A stretch of DNA of 64,000 nt from Eledone cirrhosa (Eukaryota): contig OZ024741.1 of NCBI GenBank assembly GCA_964016885.1, positions 385,764,001 to 385,828,000 on the forward strand, given 5' to 3'. The position numbers and the translations under genes are program-made. Positions 50,234-63,195 of this stretch are shown here, in pieces; within the stretch, counting starts at the first letter, position 1, and each line of letters begins with the position of its first letter. The notes beneath the pieces are model-generated. The model was not told the DNA's origin, ran no database searches, and saw nothing but the letters and a program-made list of their open reading frames with translations.

Positions 50234-50350
50234 AAATTTGATTTGATGGATCACCGAGGCAATGGTATGATGGATGTCACTAATGTTGAAAGATCTGGTA
50301 CATATGCTACTGTTCACATACAATCTGGATCAGACACATCTCACTGTAAG
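50234..50350 (+). CDS. VWA8: VWA8 exon 11
   Basis: KFDLMDHRGNGMMDVTNVERSGTYATVHIQSGSDTSHCK; cag acceptor, gtatgt donor. Confidence 0.88.
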
Positions 50351-51121
50351 GTATGTAGCTTATTTCAAGATTTCATTTGTTATTTATTTGTGTTGAGCCT
50401 GTCAGTGAGTGAGTGAAGATAAAAGACGAGTTGTTTTGAATCACCCAGTAAGTGAAAGTAAGGAAGGATCAGTTATTTTGAGTCATTCAGTAAGTGAGTG
50501 AAGATAAGGAAGGACCAGTTGTTTTGAATCTTTCAGTGAGTGAGTGGAAGTAAAGAAGGACCAGTTGTTTTGAGTCACTCAGTGACTGAGTGAAGCTAAG
50601 GACAGACCAGGCAGCAGTGTGTCCTTGAGCATGATACTTTATTTTATGTTGTTTCATCCACTTAGCTAGGAAAAATGAGTTGTGCTTGTAATTCAAAGGG
50701 CCAGCTTTAACACACACTACCATACTGAATCTTCCTGAGAATTATGTTAAGGGTACATGTGTCAGTGGAACACTTGGCCATTTACACATTAATTTCACAA
50801 GCAAGCTGTTCCTTTGTTCAACAACTGGAACACTCATTGAAGGAGGCATAATGTGTGTGTGTATGTGGTGGCAAAAAGATGAGATGGTTTCAGACCTCTT
50901 CTCTACCAGAAAGCTCAGATACCGAGATACCATAGTAAGAGACACTGGAATTGACAAGGATGACCTACGAATCTTGATTGGAAACAGAGACTATTGGCAC
51001 AAAGTTGTGCTTACTGTCTCGTCTAAGTGTGAAGGATAAGATAAGATTATTTTCTCCAGCTCTGAAACTCTGAAGCCATTTAAATGCTTTTACCATTATT
51101 ATTTTTGTGGTTCTGTCTCAG

Positions 51122-51256
51122 GTACCTTCTGGTCTTAATGACATTAGTATGTCTGGAACTAATGAAAGATTTGTTAAAAACACATATCACAATGGAATGT
51201 TAGCTGAGATGTTTCAGTCTCACCAAGTTCAGGATTTCTGCTTAATTGGACCAAAG
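51122..51256 (+). CDS. VWA8: VWA8 exon 12
   Basis: VPSG...FVKNTYHNGMLAEMFQSHQVQDFCLIGPK; cag acceptor, gtaaat donor. Confidence 0.94.
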
Positions 51257-51899
51257 GTAAATTACATTTTTTTTAGTCATTTTTTTCTTTTCTTTTTCTT
51301 ATTCTCCCACTTTTTGTTTTCTACCTCATCTCTCAATTCCCTTCCGACTTGTTACCTTGGTAATTCAAAACCACTTGCATTTTATGGCTTCCTAAACATA
51401 CCCATCTTTTTTTCTTTTTTATCTCACTGAGTGGACATTTCAACCCCTCCCTTTTTTGGTGGCGTTAGAAAAGCCGCCCAGCTGTAGAAATCATGTCAAA
51501 CAAGGGAACAGATGATCCTTCAATCATGTCAAGGACATGATAACTTCCCTAGTGATGGGGCCATGACAAAATACATCCACTACATTCTGTAAAGTGGTTA
51601 AGGCATCCAGCTGTAGAAATCATTTAAAAAAAAGTAGAAGTTTCTTGTGTTTTTTGACAGAACTGAAGGGTCCTCCCAACACCTTGTTTTGCAGGTTTTC
51701 TATGGATGGATGCCCTTCCTATCACCAACCACTTTACAGTGTGTAATAGTGCTATTTTCTGTATGTTGTATATATGTGTAAGACTTGGGGTATTCTCTGT
51801 AATATCTGTGCAGTGCCTAGCAGTGCTGTTTTCTGTGTATTGTATTTGTAAGACCTGGGATCTTGGTTATGTATTTTCCTTTTTTTAAAATTATTTTAG

Positions 51900-51977
51900 G
51901 GCTGTGGCAAAAATATTTTGGTTGAAAACTTTGCTAATCACCTTGGATATCAGATCGAACCAGTTCACCTGCATCAG
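51900..51977 (+). CDS. VWA8: VWA8 exon 13
   Basis: GCGKNILVENFANHLGYQIEPVHLHQ (second half of the Walker A motif); tag acceptor, gtatgg donor. Confidence 0.95.
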
Positions 51978-52202
51978 GTATGGCCAGTAATTATTTCTTG
52001 AGTCTGTGGGAGGGCCTCTACATACTGGCTGAACCTGCTAGAAATAGCAGCTAAATCCTCTTCAAATCATCATCATCATCCGCCACCACCACCACCACCA
52101 ATTAGTTCTGGTTAAACACTGGGATCAGTGTAATTAAGTGCCCCACCGCCACCATTAAATTTGTGGTCTTTTATTCTATATTTCTTTATTCTGCATGAAA
52201 AG

Positions 52203-52363
52203 GACATGACCTCAAGAGATTTGCTACAACAGCGGTCAACTCGACCAAATGGAGACACTTTTTGGTTGTCATCCCCCCTGGTCAATGCTGCTCTACAAGG
52301 TAACCTAGCAGTCCTTGATGGGGTCCACCGTATTAACTCTGGTTCATTTTCAGTCATACAAAG
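52203..52363 (+). CDS. VWA8: VWA8 exon 14
   Basis: DMTSRDLLQQRSTRPNGDTFWLSSPLVNAALQGNLAVLDGVHRINSGSFSVIQR (Walker B); aag acceptor, gtaagt donor. Confidence 0.95.
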
Positions 52364-53148
52364 GTAAGTCAGCCATAATTTCCATTTGCATATCTTTGTT
52401 ATGGAGAGGAGTTTATCCTGAAAACTTGTTGTTTTGCTCAAAGTCATTGACTAGACCTGTACTTCAGTACATATAACACTCAATAAACCAGCACCTTTTC
52501 ATACCTCTACTGACATGATCTGTGAGATCAGAGTTGACATAAAAGCAGTCAAACTGTAATGTATCCATCTTTTTTTAAAAGACAAAATGTATCTAGGACT
52601 GCTTTATGCATATCTCATCATCATCACCATCATCATTTTATGTCCTTTTTTTCTTGCTGGCATAAGTTTGATGGATTATCAGTTTTTAAATTATTGCGAA
52701 AATAATCAAGAATTTGGAGGGATTTACTAATGTTTTCATTATTAAGCTGATGTTTGGAGCATAACTTAACAAATGTTCTTACATGAAGGTTTTCAGATAA
52801 ATATAAATAATAAAAGGGCATCTGGCCTTAGAAAGCCTGCCAAACAAAGAGTTGGGAGGACCCTCAGTTATGTCAAAGACATGACAACCTCCCCTGTGCA
52901 TTCAGTAGAATGTGGGACCATACGTAAGTGAGATGCAGATGCCTGGCCTGTCTAGGAGATCTGTAACCTTGTTTCAGTACTGACTTGGTCTCTGTAGACC
53001 TGTCCAACCCTTGCTAGCAGGGAAAGCTGATGTTAAAATGATGATGATAAACACTTTCACACAAATAGTCTTGTATTGTAAAACCATGGGCAGTTTCAGG
53101 TGGTTTTATATAAAAAAAAGATTAATCTTTTTGTTTGTTTTCTTTAAG

Positions 53149-53262
53149 ACTGATCCACGACCGTGAGTTACAACTTTATGATGGCACCAGACTCTTGCAC
53201 TCTGATCGATATAATCAGGTTAAAGAATCCACTGGTAAAACTGATTTAGAGATGAGTGAAAG
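53149..53262 (+). CDS. VWA8: VWA8 exon 15
   Basis: LIHDRELQLYDGTRLLHSDRY...; taag acceptor, gtaaat donor. Confidence 0.95.
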
Positions 53263-54357
53263 GTAAATTATTATTCTCCTCTTCCCCTTTCTTCTTTCTG
53301 TATCTTTATCTATCTCTTTATGTATCCATTTACTCACATATCTATCCACTTATCCATCCATCTATTTATTTGCTTGTCTTTCTATATATCTATTTATCTG
53401 TATTTATTGATCTAAATATTTATCTTTATATCTATCTGATCAGATATAAATCTTTTTCTTCTTCATCTACTTATTTGTGAGAGGGTTGTGGGAGCAGAGT
53501 CCTCCAACATGCCTTCCAGCAGATCCTGTCAGAAGCAACCATCTCCAATTGATTTGGCTGGATCCCCAAGCAACACCAGCCAAGCTCATCTATAAATCTG
53601 TTATCTCTATAATTGTTTATCTCTCCGTCATGTATTTTGTGTTTAGCTAAGGTATTTCTATCTGGTTCAGTTTTGTGAAAATGTAAACATAATACTCTAC
53701 CTGCAGGTGAATAGTTAGGCATCTATATAGAGTTGATAATTCACCAGTATAGTTAGGCATCTATATAGAGTTGATGGTTGACCAGTATTGTTTAAAAAAT
53801 ATATAATATATAAAAATATAAAGAATTCTTTTTCTCCAGTTTCAATAATTGAACTGTGGAGACTGTTGAGACACCACCTTGAAAGATTTAGTCAATTATA
53901 TTGATCCTAATCTGAGGTCAACTTTGACTTTCACCCATTTGAGGTTGATAAAAAAAGTACCAGTCAAGTATTGGGAGCGATTCTTCCTCTATAATCTCTT
54001 TCTCACTTCCTTTTTGCACTCTCTCTATCTTTCTCTGGAAGATATTACCTGTATTCAGACCTGGAGAGGGATGGGCTCTGCCAGGCTTAAAATACCCAAG
54101 AAACACTGTATACCATTATACTGCCCCTACGACTTCATCAGGAGTTACAGGACCATACCATTGATCCCATTACTTTGGTGTATATTTTATTGACCTAGGA
54201 AAGATAACACTCAACTGTCTTGGATAGAACACAGAATGTAAAGAGACATAATTAAATTTTACAATTCTGCTAATCCACCACAATTAAAATTAGTGTCTTT
54301 TTTTAAAAAATCTTTATTTTGTTTTTTGATTTCTTTCTTTTTTTTTTCTTCTTCTAG

Positions 54358-54526
54358 TGGGATTTTACCAATTCACCCATCTTTTCGGATCATTGCACTT
54401 GCCGAACCTCCTGTAATTGGGAGTACCAAACAGCAGTGGCTGTCACCAGAGCTTTTGTCTATGTTCCTTTATCATAAGATTCGACCATTGGCATTCGCTG
54501 AAGAAGACTTAGTCCTCAAAACACTG
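54358..54526 (+). CDS. VWA8: VWA8 exon 16
   Basis: GILPIHPSFRIIALAEPPVIGSTKQQWLSPELLSMF...; tag acceptor, gtatgt donor. Confidence 0.96.
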
Positions 54527-54906
54527 GTATGTCAAGAATGGCAATTCCATCAATGATTCTTTTCTTAGAGTTGTTGTACTTATGACTGTTGTTGTTTAGC
54601 CATAGGTCAAATCTGATTGAGTAGATTTATGATAAAAAACATTCAAGCTATGACTACCATTTCTTTTTTCTTTCTTTTCTTTTTATAAATGCATAGTGTA
54701 CCGAGAACTATATTATCTAATGTGTCCATTAAAAAAAAAACAAAATAAAACAGGTGGCAAATTTGTCTTGGTACCAGTATGAACACCTAACAGAGTTAAA
54801 CTGGGTGTTTTTTTCATGGCACTAGTATGACAAAAACCTAATTGATGTTGTCCATTACCACAAATTTCAAAACCAACAACACTATTAGTTTATGTTTTTA
54901 TTCCAG

Positions 54907-54978
54907 GTACCAAATTGTCCAGACATGACAATCCTGTTGAAGTTTGTTCATGGAATGAGAGGTTCCACTGATCCTGCT
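54907..54978 (+). CDS. VWA8: VWA8 exon 17
   Basis: VPNCPDMTILLKFVHGMRGSTDPA; cag acceptor, gtaagt donor. Confidence 0.92.
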
Positions 54979-55049
54979 GTAAGTTTTTCCTGTTTTAATA
55001 TTATTTCAAGTCACATTGCATGTTTTTCTTAGTATGACTTAGTTAGAAG

Positions 55050-55797
55050 GAAGGGATAGTACACATGACATTCACTAGATCTCCAATATTGGTGATATCC
55101 CTGCAAATGTTTATCCAGCAAATGTTATCAGGAAGAGATTTCCAATGGATCGATTAGTGTGAGTCACAGTATCTGCAACAGATGTGGTGTGTAACTAGTT
55201 AGACTAGAGGAATAATAGAGTTGGGACCTTCATACATTGGAAGTTATACCAGCATTATGAAATAACAACAGGTGGGATAAAAGGTAGGTCAAACACTCAC
55301 CAGAAAAAAGTGTCAGAGAATGACAAAGCAACCATTCTCTGGGATATGCCAATACATACAGACAAAGAGATCAGAGCCAACCAACCAGATATTATAGTCA
55401 AAGACAACAAAGAAAATAAGATTGTGCCTGATTGTAGATGTAGCCTGTGCCTTTGACACAAGAGTGCAAGAAAAAGAGAAGGAGAAAATTAACTGATACC
55501 AGGATTTAAAGTGGGAGTTACAAAGGATTTGGGACTGTCATGAGATCAAGGTTGTCCCGATTGTCATAGGAGCACTAGGTACTATCTTAAAGAGTTTTCA
55601 AGGATGGTTAAAGAACATTAGTCCAGCCCCTTTTTTTGGAGCACTTCAAAAGGCATGCTTGCTGGGAACAGCAAGAACCCTCCGATATGTCCTGAATGTC
55701 TGAGGCTGCAGGTAGTGGCTTCATATTCATTTCAACAAACTTTCCAGTTAAATAACATCAACGCCTGAGACTCCAAGAAGAGGATAATAATAATAAT
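55050..55797 (+). mobile_element. R4/Dong-like retrotransposon 3' end (restriction-like endonuclease)
   Basis: ILWDMPIHTDKEIRANQPDIIV...IVDVACAFD...YQDL...VVPIVIGALG...LQKACLLGTARTLR; (TAA)n tail. Confidence 0.85.
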
Positions 55798-56767
55798 GTT
55801 TCTACTTTTGGCACAAGGTCAGCAATTACCCCAGTACATTACTGGTGCTTTATTTTATCAACACTGTAAGGATGAAAGGCAAAGTTAAACTTGGCAGATT
55901 TTAACTCAGAACGCGAAGGGTCATAACTCTATGCTGCAAAGCATGGTGTCTGACACTCTACTGATACCACCAAACCACTAGGGTTTACATCAAGAAACCC
56001 ATACAGAAGTGTAATCCAATTAGTTAAATCAAGTCAGAACATCCTACCATGCATTATATACTTCCTGAGGATCACTGATACTATACATAAGCATTTCTTT
56101 AGTGACTTCATTAACAAAAGCAACTACAACTTCTGGACAAATATATTTTACAACAGTAGTTTGTTTAGATCCAGCATCTGTTGCTTTACTTCCTCTCTTT
56201 TTCATGTTTCTCACTGCACCTTACATCATTTTTTTCAGACTACTTAAACACTAAGCGGAAATGTGGAAATCAAAACAGACTTTACATTTATCCTAGTTAT
56301 TGGGATAGATGTTCCAATATTATTAAGTCCATTTGAGTACAGAGGAAGAGTTGCTGTGTCTTTTGACACAGACTCAAGGGTCCTCCCAACCCTTTGTTTA
56401 ACAAACTTTCTATGGCTGGATGCCCTTCCTAACACCTAATAATATTCTATATTATAAAAGAGAAGCTGTTTCTCCCTCTGTCTGCCCGTCTCAACATATA
56501 TGTAGGAAGGAGAGAGAGCGTGTGTGAAAGAGAGATGGTTTGTTTATGACATGAGAATGAAAGTGATGATGACAGACTTTAAAAAAAGATGATGACATTT
56601 GTCTGTCACACTTACATTTATATATTATAATACATATAGTTATTTTTCTGTGTGTATTTTTCTGTGTGTATTTTACCCCTTGTTTAGCAAGTTTTCTACA
56701 GCTGGATGCCATTCTTAACATGTAATCATGTAATAATAATAATATGACTTTTTAAATATATTTTTAG

Positions 56768-56883
56768 TTAATGTCTTTAGCATCATCTCTATCTACGCGG
56801 CAACTGCTCAGAATAGCCCACCGATTAGCTAATTTCCCCAGTGAAGACCTTGGCTCAATCATTCAAAAGGCTTGCCTTTCAAA
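56768..56883 (+). CDS. VWA8: VWA8 exon 18
   Basis: LMSLASSLSTRQLLRIAHRLANFPSEDLGSIIQKACLS; tag acceptor, gtaagt donor. Confidence 0.95.
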
Positions 56884-57688
56884 GTAAGTATGAACTTGAA
56901 TCTAAAAAAAAAATTAATTAAATCTGTAGTACATTATGGAGGAATGTGGCCTAATGGTAAGGATGTTGGACTTACAATGATAATAGCGTGGATTAAATTC
57001 CTGGACTGGGTTGTGTGTTGTGTTCATGAGCACTTCATTTCACGTTGCTCCAGTATACTCAGCTGAAAATGAGTACCAGCAATAGCTGGGGGTTTAACCA
57101 TGCGATAGACTGGTGTCCTGTTCATGGAGGAGTCTTGTATTCTCTGACTTCACGCCATGGAAATCGGGATAAGCACTGGTTTGATGAGCCTCTGAGCTTG
57201 AGACAGACATTAGACTTAATTCTCTCTAAATAATTTCAAATCATCATCACCATTATAATTTAATGTCTGTTTTCTCTGCTAGCAAGGTTTGGCTGGGTTG
57301 TCATAGATCAAGTCAGTACTTAATTGGAGCAATTGAACTCTCAGTGGGGTCCTGTTTTTCACATATATATGTTCTCACACTGTACAGAGTACACTGGATG
57401 CATTTTATCCTGGCACCAGCACCAGGGAAGTTGTCATGTCTCTCACACAGTTAATGAGTCCTCACAATCCTTTATTTGGCAGGTTTTCTATTATTGGGAC
57501 GCCTTCCCAACACCAACCACTTTACAGCATGTACTGGGTGTGTTTATTATGTAGATCACCAACACTAGAAAGGTGGTCATGCCCCTCACATAATTTAACT
57601 GTCCTTTTCACTGTTTTTTTTCTAATCTTTGTTTGAATTTTTTTGTAAAATATAAAAACAACAACAAATCATTTAATTGTTTTCCTAG

Positions 57689-57795
57689 GTTCTTACCTAG
57701 AATGGCAAGGCTGTCCTTGGAGCAGACACTACAAAGTGCTGGCTTAGAGACATCAGCTAATGTGAAGTTTACTGACCTCAAAGAAGCCACAGCAT
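57689..57795 (+). CDS. VWA8: VWA8 exon 19
   Basis: FLPRMARLSLEQTLQSAGLE...; tag acceptor, gtaagt donor. Confidence 0.93.
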
Positions 57796-58454
57796 GTAAG
57801 TAATGCAAAGAATCCCCTGATTTTTTTTCCTTTGTGTTCTTCCTTATGTTGGAGTCTGAGTAGACAAAATTATTAACTTTATAGAGATGGAATGTTTTTA
57901 AAAATTAAAATATTTACACCTATACTATGTTTAACCCTTTCATTACCATATTTCTGCTGTGAGAAGGGTTCAGTGTGACCAACTGGCCTGTCCTTCCTCA
58001 TAATGGTGCCATCCAGTTCCACATTGTAAATTGGTTGGTGTTAGGAAGGGCATCCAGCTGTAAAAAAACCCTGGCCAAATTTACAGTCCCCACAGGGCAA
58101 AGCACGGTGTGGCCAATTCTGGCCTGACATATCTCGCAATGTGGGTGACCCATCTGACCCTTGCAAGCATGGAAAATGGACGTTAAACAGTGATGATTAT
58201 TTCTAATGAAAGACACTGCCTATGATTTTCAAATAATTTTGAAAATAACCAAGAATTTAGAGAGATTTGGTAATAAAACTAACTTTATAGAAGATGTAGG
58301 ATGCTCAAGCACAGAAAATAACTGCAAGTACAGTCAGTTGTTATAAAATAGCTTATAAAATGGTCCCTTAGTTTAATGGTAGAATACTCAGCTGGTTTCT
58401 GAGAAATATGGAGTTTGATTCTTTTGCCGCTGGCAACATCTTTTCCGTTAGACT

Positions 58455-61400
58455 AAGTCAGTACTGAAGCGGAGCCACTGATCTCCCAGGTAGGTAGGGC
58501 AGGATCTATGTCTCGCTTATGTATGGTCTCACATTCCATTGAGTGCTCAGGAGAGGTTGTCATGCCTTTCACACAAGTGAGAGTCCTCCCAACCCTTTGT
58601 TTGGAAAATTTGTACAACTGGATGCTCTTCCTATTACCAACCACTTGACAGCGTATACTGGGGGCATTTATCATGTAAATCACCAATACTAGGGAGATTG
58701 GCATGTCTTTGACATGACTGGAAGGTTCTCCCAACTCTTTTGTCTGGCAAGTTTTCTATGGCTGGATGCCCTTTCTATCACCAGTCACCAATTACTTTAC
58801 AGTGTGTACTGGGTGTGTTTATCATGTAGATCATCAACACTAGGGAGGCTGTCATGTCTATGACATGACTGACGGGTCCTCCTGACCCTTTGTTTTCTTA
58901 GCAAGCTCTCTGTGGCTAGAAGCCCTTCCTATCACCAACCACTTCACAGGGGCAGGGTGCAGTTGCCAGGAATGTGTGTGTGTATGTGTGTGGGGGTTTG
59001 AAGTAGTGAAGTTGAGAATAACTGTTAGGTGTTAGGGAGTGTTAGTGGAAGGGTAAGGTTAGGTCAGGTCACATTGTAAGCTGCAAGTCAGGTCTTCTTC
59101 AGCACTGCATAGTGCCAGCCCTCACGGTTTTTAGTCATTTCTGTTGTAAGGTTTAGCCTTTTAAGGTCAGTCCTTACAAACTCATCCCATCTCTTCCTAG
59201 GTCTGCCTCTTCCATGGGTCTGGGACACTGGAGTTTCTCTGCATTTCTTTATGCAGCTGCCATCTTCCATGCACATCACATGTCCATATCAATGCAGTCT
59301 TCTCTCTTGCACACTACAACCAATTCCTCTTATGCTAGGTTTTTACCTCAGTTTGTTTATGCTATGTTGCTCATGCACACTAACATTGCACATCCATTGG
59401 AGCATACTTGACTAATTTCTTTCTAGCCTCCACAAGTCTTCTGCAATCAAGACCCATGTTTCACTGCCATGTAACATTGTGGTTCACACACAGGCATCAT
59501 ACAGTCTACCTTTCACTCTGAAAGAAAAGCATTTTATTGTTAGCAGTAGTAATAAATCTCTAAACTTCTTCCAGCCTGTTCTTATCCTAGCTATCAGACT
59601 TTCAGTGCTTTCTCCCTGACTGCTAATTTGATTGCCTAAGTAGCAAAAGCTGTCCACAACTTTTAGAGAGCTTCCCTGGCAGCTGAGGGAATCTATTTTA
59701 CATGTTTTTTGTGCTTACTTTCCCTGTGCTTCTGCTGCAAATAAAGTTTATCTTTTCCGTTAGCCTACCTGCAATCTCCTCAGTGATGGCCTGAAGTACA
59801 ATGATTAATAGAAGTGGACTGAAGACTGATCCCTGGTGGACTTCCACCTTCACTTCAAATTCACCACTGTACTCATTTCCAACTCTCACTCTGCTGGTTG
59901 CTCCTCTATACCTGGCCTGCATGCCCCTCACAAGCCATTTGTCTACACCTAGCTTCCTAAGTGCCCACCAAATTATCGAGCATGGGAGCCTGTCAAAGGG
60001 TTTCTCTAGATCTACAAATGCTAGGTACAGTGGCTTACTCTTAACTAAATACCTCTCCTGTAGTTGTCTCACCAGGAAGAGGGTATCAGTAGTACCCCTA
60101 CCCTGCATAAACCCAAATTGCATCTCATCTAACCTGATTCTATCCCTAATTCTATCCCTGATTCTATCCCTAATTAGCAACTTTCATTCATGACCTAGTC
60201 CATTGACTTGTGCTGCTATAGTTACTTCTCTCAAGTGCATCCCCTTTACTCTTATAGCAAGTTATCACACAATGATACTGTTGAGCCAGTCATTGGGTAT
60301 GACACCATCCTGTACTACTTGATTAACTGTGTCTAACTAGCTCATATCTTACGATGCCAGATGCTTTTAGCATCTCAGTGATTATACTGGACAGTCCAGC
60401 TGCTTTCCCTACCTTCATGTTCTTAATTGCTTTCATCATCATCATCATCATCATCATTTTACGTCTGCTTTTCCCTGATTGCAAGGGTTGGACGAGTCCT
60501 ATTCAGCACAGCATCTCTTCACTTTCACGGTCCTTCGTCATCTCCTCGGTAAGTTTCAGCGATCTGAGGTCTGCTCTCACCACCTCCGCCCATGTTTTAC
60601 GTGGTCTACCTCTAGTGCGTCTTCCTTCTACTGGGATTTCTTGGCACTCCTTTGCTGTCAGTAAGGTCTGCATGAGATAAGCCCTCACTATCCCATTCAT
60701 TTTCCTTGTTCAGCAGTCTCTCATAGTAAGTCTTCCATGCCTCTTTCTTTTCCTCGTCAAACAGGGCAAGTGCTCCGTTATTATTTCAGACACTTTTCTC
60801 TAACTACATCATGATTTTTTTTTAGCATACCGTCTCACAATCCGGAATACTTCACACCTCTGATCCTCATGACACAGAACATGTTCAAACTTCTTCTTTT
60901 CTGCCTCTCTCCTCGCTAGATATACTTGGCACCTGGCTTCCTTTCTTGCTATCTGGTATTGATTTCTGTCCCCTCCATTCCTCCACCATCTTGGTGGGAC
61001 CTTGCTCATGACTTCCAACAAGTTGTCTTGTAGAAATTTCCAATTTTTCTCTGTCATATGTCCCCAGCTCTTCTTCCTCACTGTCACAGACATCAAGAAG
61101 GATTTCTCTAAATTTGTTACCTACAGAGGATTCTCTCAGCTTCCAAGTCTTCCTTCTCCAGACTGGCTTTTGTCTCTTGGTCCACTTAGCTCTTACTTTA
61201 AAGTCACTGACAACTAATCTATGTTGGGAGGTACATTCCTCCCCAGGGAAGGACTTGGTATTTACGACCAATTGCTTGTCTTGTTTTCTAGTGAGGATGA
61301 AGTCTATTTGGCTTGTATGTCCCCCTGATTGGTAGGTAATCAGGTGGTTGGCTGGTTTCTTGAAGTTTGTGTTACTGGTCGTTAAGTCAAGAGCATGAGA

Positions 61401-61945
61401 GCATCACAGAACGCCAGAAGCCTAGTCCCCCCTCATTTTTTGTGCTGTATTCATAGCCTCCATGTATGCCAGGGAATCTGTCCTGATATTTCCCAACATG
61501 TCCATTGAAATCTCCAGCTACAATCATAAGATCACTGTCATCTGTCCTTGCAGTAGTCTGTAGAAGAGCCACATAGAAATGTTTTTTTGTTCATCAGCGC
61601 TTATGGGGCATATGTAGATAGTATAGTGAATGTAGTATTGCCCAGTTTAGTCTAAGTTTAATTGTTCTATCACTCACCCTAATTACCTCAATTACCTGGT
61701 CTACCTATCTCTCAGCAAGGAGCATTCCTACTTTTCCCACCCACCCAGAAGAATTTGTACTAGTGTTTCTTGCCTGTGAGGAATCTGGCTGAACCTCCCC
61801 TGCACCTCACTTCTTGCACACAGCACACATCTACTTGTATCCTCTCTAACATCTCCACAATATCACTGCACTTATCTCTCATTTTTCTGACATTCAATGT
61901 GGCAAATCTAAGGTCCCGTGCTTGATGAGAAGGGGGCTGCAAGGC
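58455..61945 (-). mobile_element. Near full-length degenerate RTE LINE with nested fragments
   Basis: From LRFATLNV...CCVQEVR (endonuclease) through QFGFMQGRGTTD and FVDLEKPFD to GRPRKRWD and the 3' repeats. Confidence 0.9.
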
Positions 61946-62804
61946 TGTCTTTTTCTTTTCCTAGGTTTTAGGGTTTAGGAGGGCCACACGACTGTTTGGT
62001 GATTTGCTGGGGATTTATATGCATGTCAGGCTCTTTCATGTTTTGTATTGTATTTTTTATTTGTCACACAAATGTATGTAGTCATAACCCCTCCAACATC
62101 AGTAGGAGCTACAACCCTTCACTAAGTTTTTTTATCCTAAATGATGTTTCCAGTACAATTTTATATACTATAGTGGTGAAGTGTGCACAGGGGCTGTAAA
62201 AAGCCCCACCCGCTAAGTCGATATTGTAAGGTGAGGTGGTGGCAGGAAATGGTGTCCAGGAAGCACTACACTAAAAAGAGATCATTCTAGAAAAATAATT
62301 TTATGGTAACATTTTAGGCTTTAGGCCATATTTAGAGGAATTTAATTGACGAGCTTAAGAAACAATAATAGTAGGGTTTAATTTTAAGAATCTAAAAAGT
62401 TTGTTGGCCCCATACAATCAGTTCATATATATGTATAGCTATCTATTTTGTAAGGATATAGTACAAGATTTCAGGCCGAAATAGCATTTTAGGCTATGTT
62501 TTGGTGAATCAATGAGATTTATGATACAATACACTAGTAATAAGTTTCTAGTTTTAAAAACTGAAAGTGTAGATGGCTACATATGAAACATTTGCTGGGC
62601 TAGGGAAATCTTATATTTCAACTTCCTTTATACATGTTTGTTTGGTGGGCAAGAAAATGATTGAGAGGAAAACACCACATGCCGACTTGTTATATTTATA
62701 GCTGTTTATATATAACTGTTTACATATATGTATAAATATACATACACATATACACTTGTTAAATGATTATGATGACATATATACATATGTATACACATAT
62801 GCAG

Positions 62805-62911
62805 GTGAAGTAAAAGATGGAATGGTAAGGATTCTGAATACAAAACTTCCAGTCTGTAAGCCGGATAACATCACCAAAGTTCCAAACATATTATTTTATG
62901 AAAACAACCAG
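62805..62911 (+). CDS. VWA8: VWA8 exon 20 (gene continues beyond the window)
   Basis: (C)EVKDGMVRILNTKLPVCKPDNITKVPNILFYENNQ; cag acceptor, gtgagt donor. Confidence 0.92.
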
Positions 62912-62974
62912 GTGAGTCTTGTAAATATTCATCAATTTGAGGTTGAATTATATTTTCTAATAATATTGTTGTTG

Positions 62975-63195
62975 TTAACCCTTTAGCATTTAAACTAAAC
63001 TGGCTGTATCTGGCCAGAATTGTCTCACCTCTTTCTGCTCAAACTGGCTGTAACTGGTCACTCATACTGATGTTAAGGTATTGTTCTCAAAATAAATAAT
63101 ATCAAAATCTCATAGATTTGATATTATGTGAGGCAAAGCCTTTACTGTGAAAATATAATAGTAAATATAGAGTAATATAAATGCTAAAGGGTTAA
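62975..63195. mobile_element. piggyBac-like MITE (TTAA ends)
   Basis: ttaaccctttagcattt...aaatgctaaagggttaa. Confidence 0.85.

Noticed and set aside
60136-60175. RDRI peptide repeat
   Set aside because: A 12-bp slippage duplication in a dead LINE copy.
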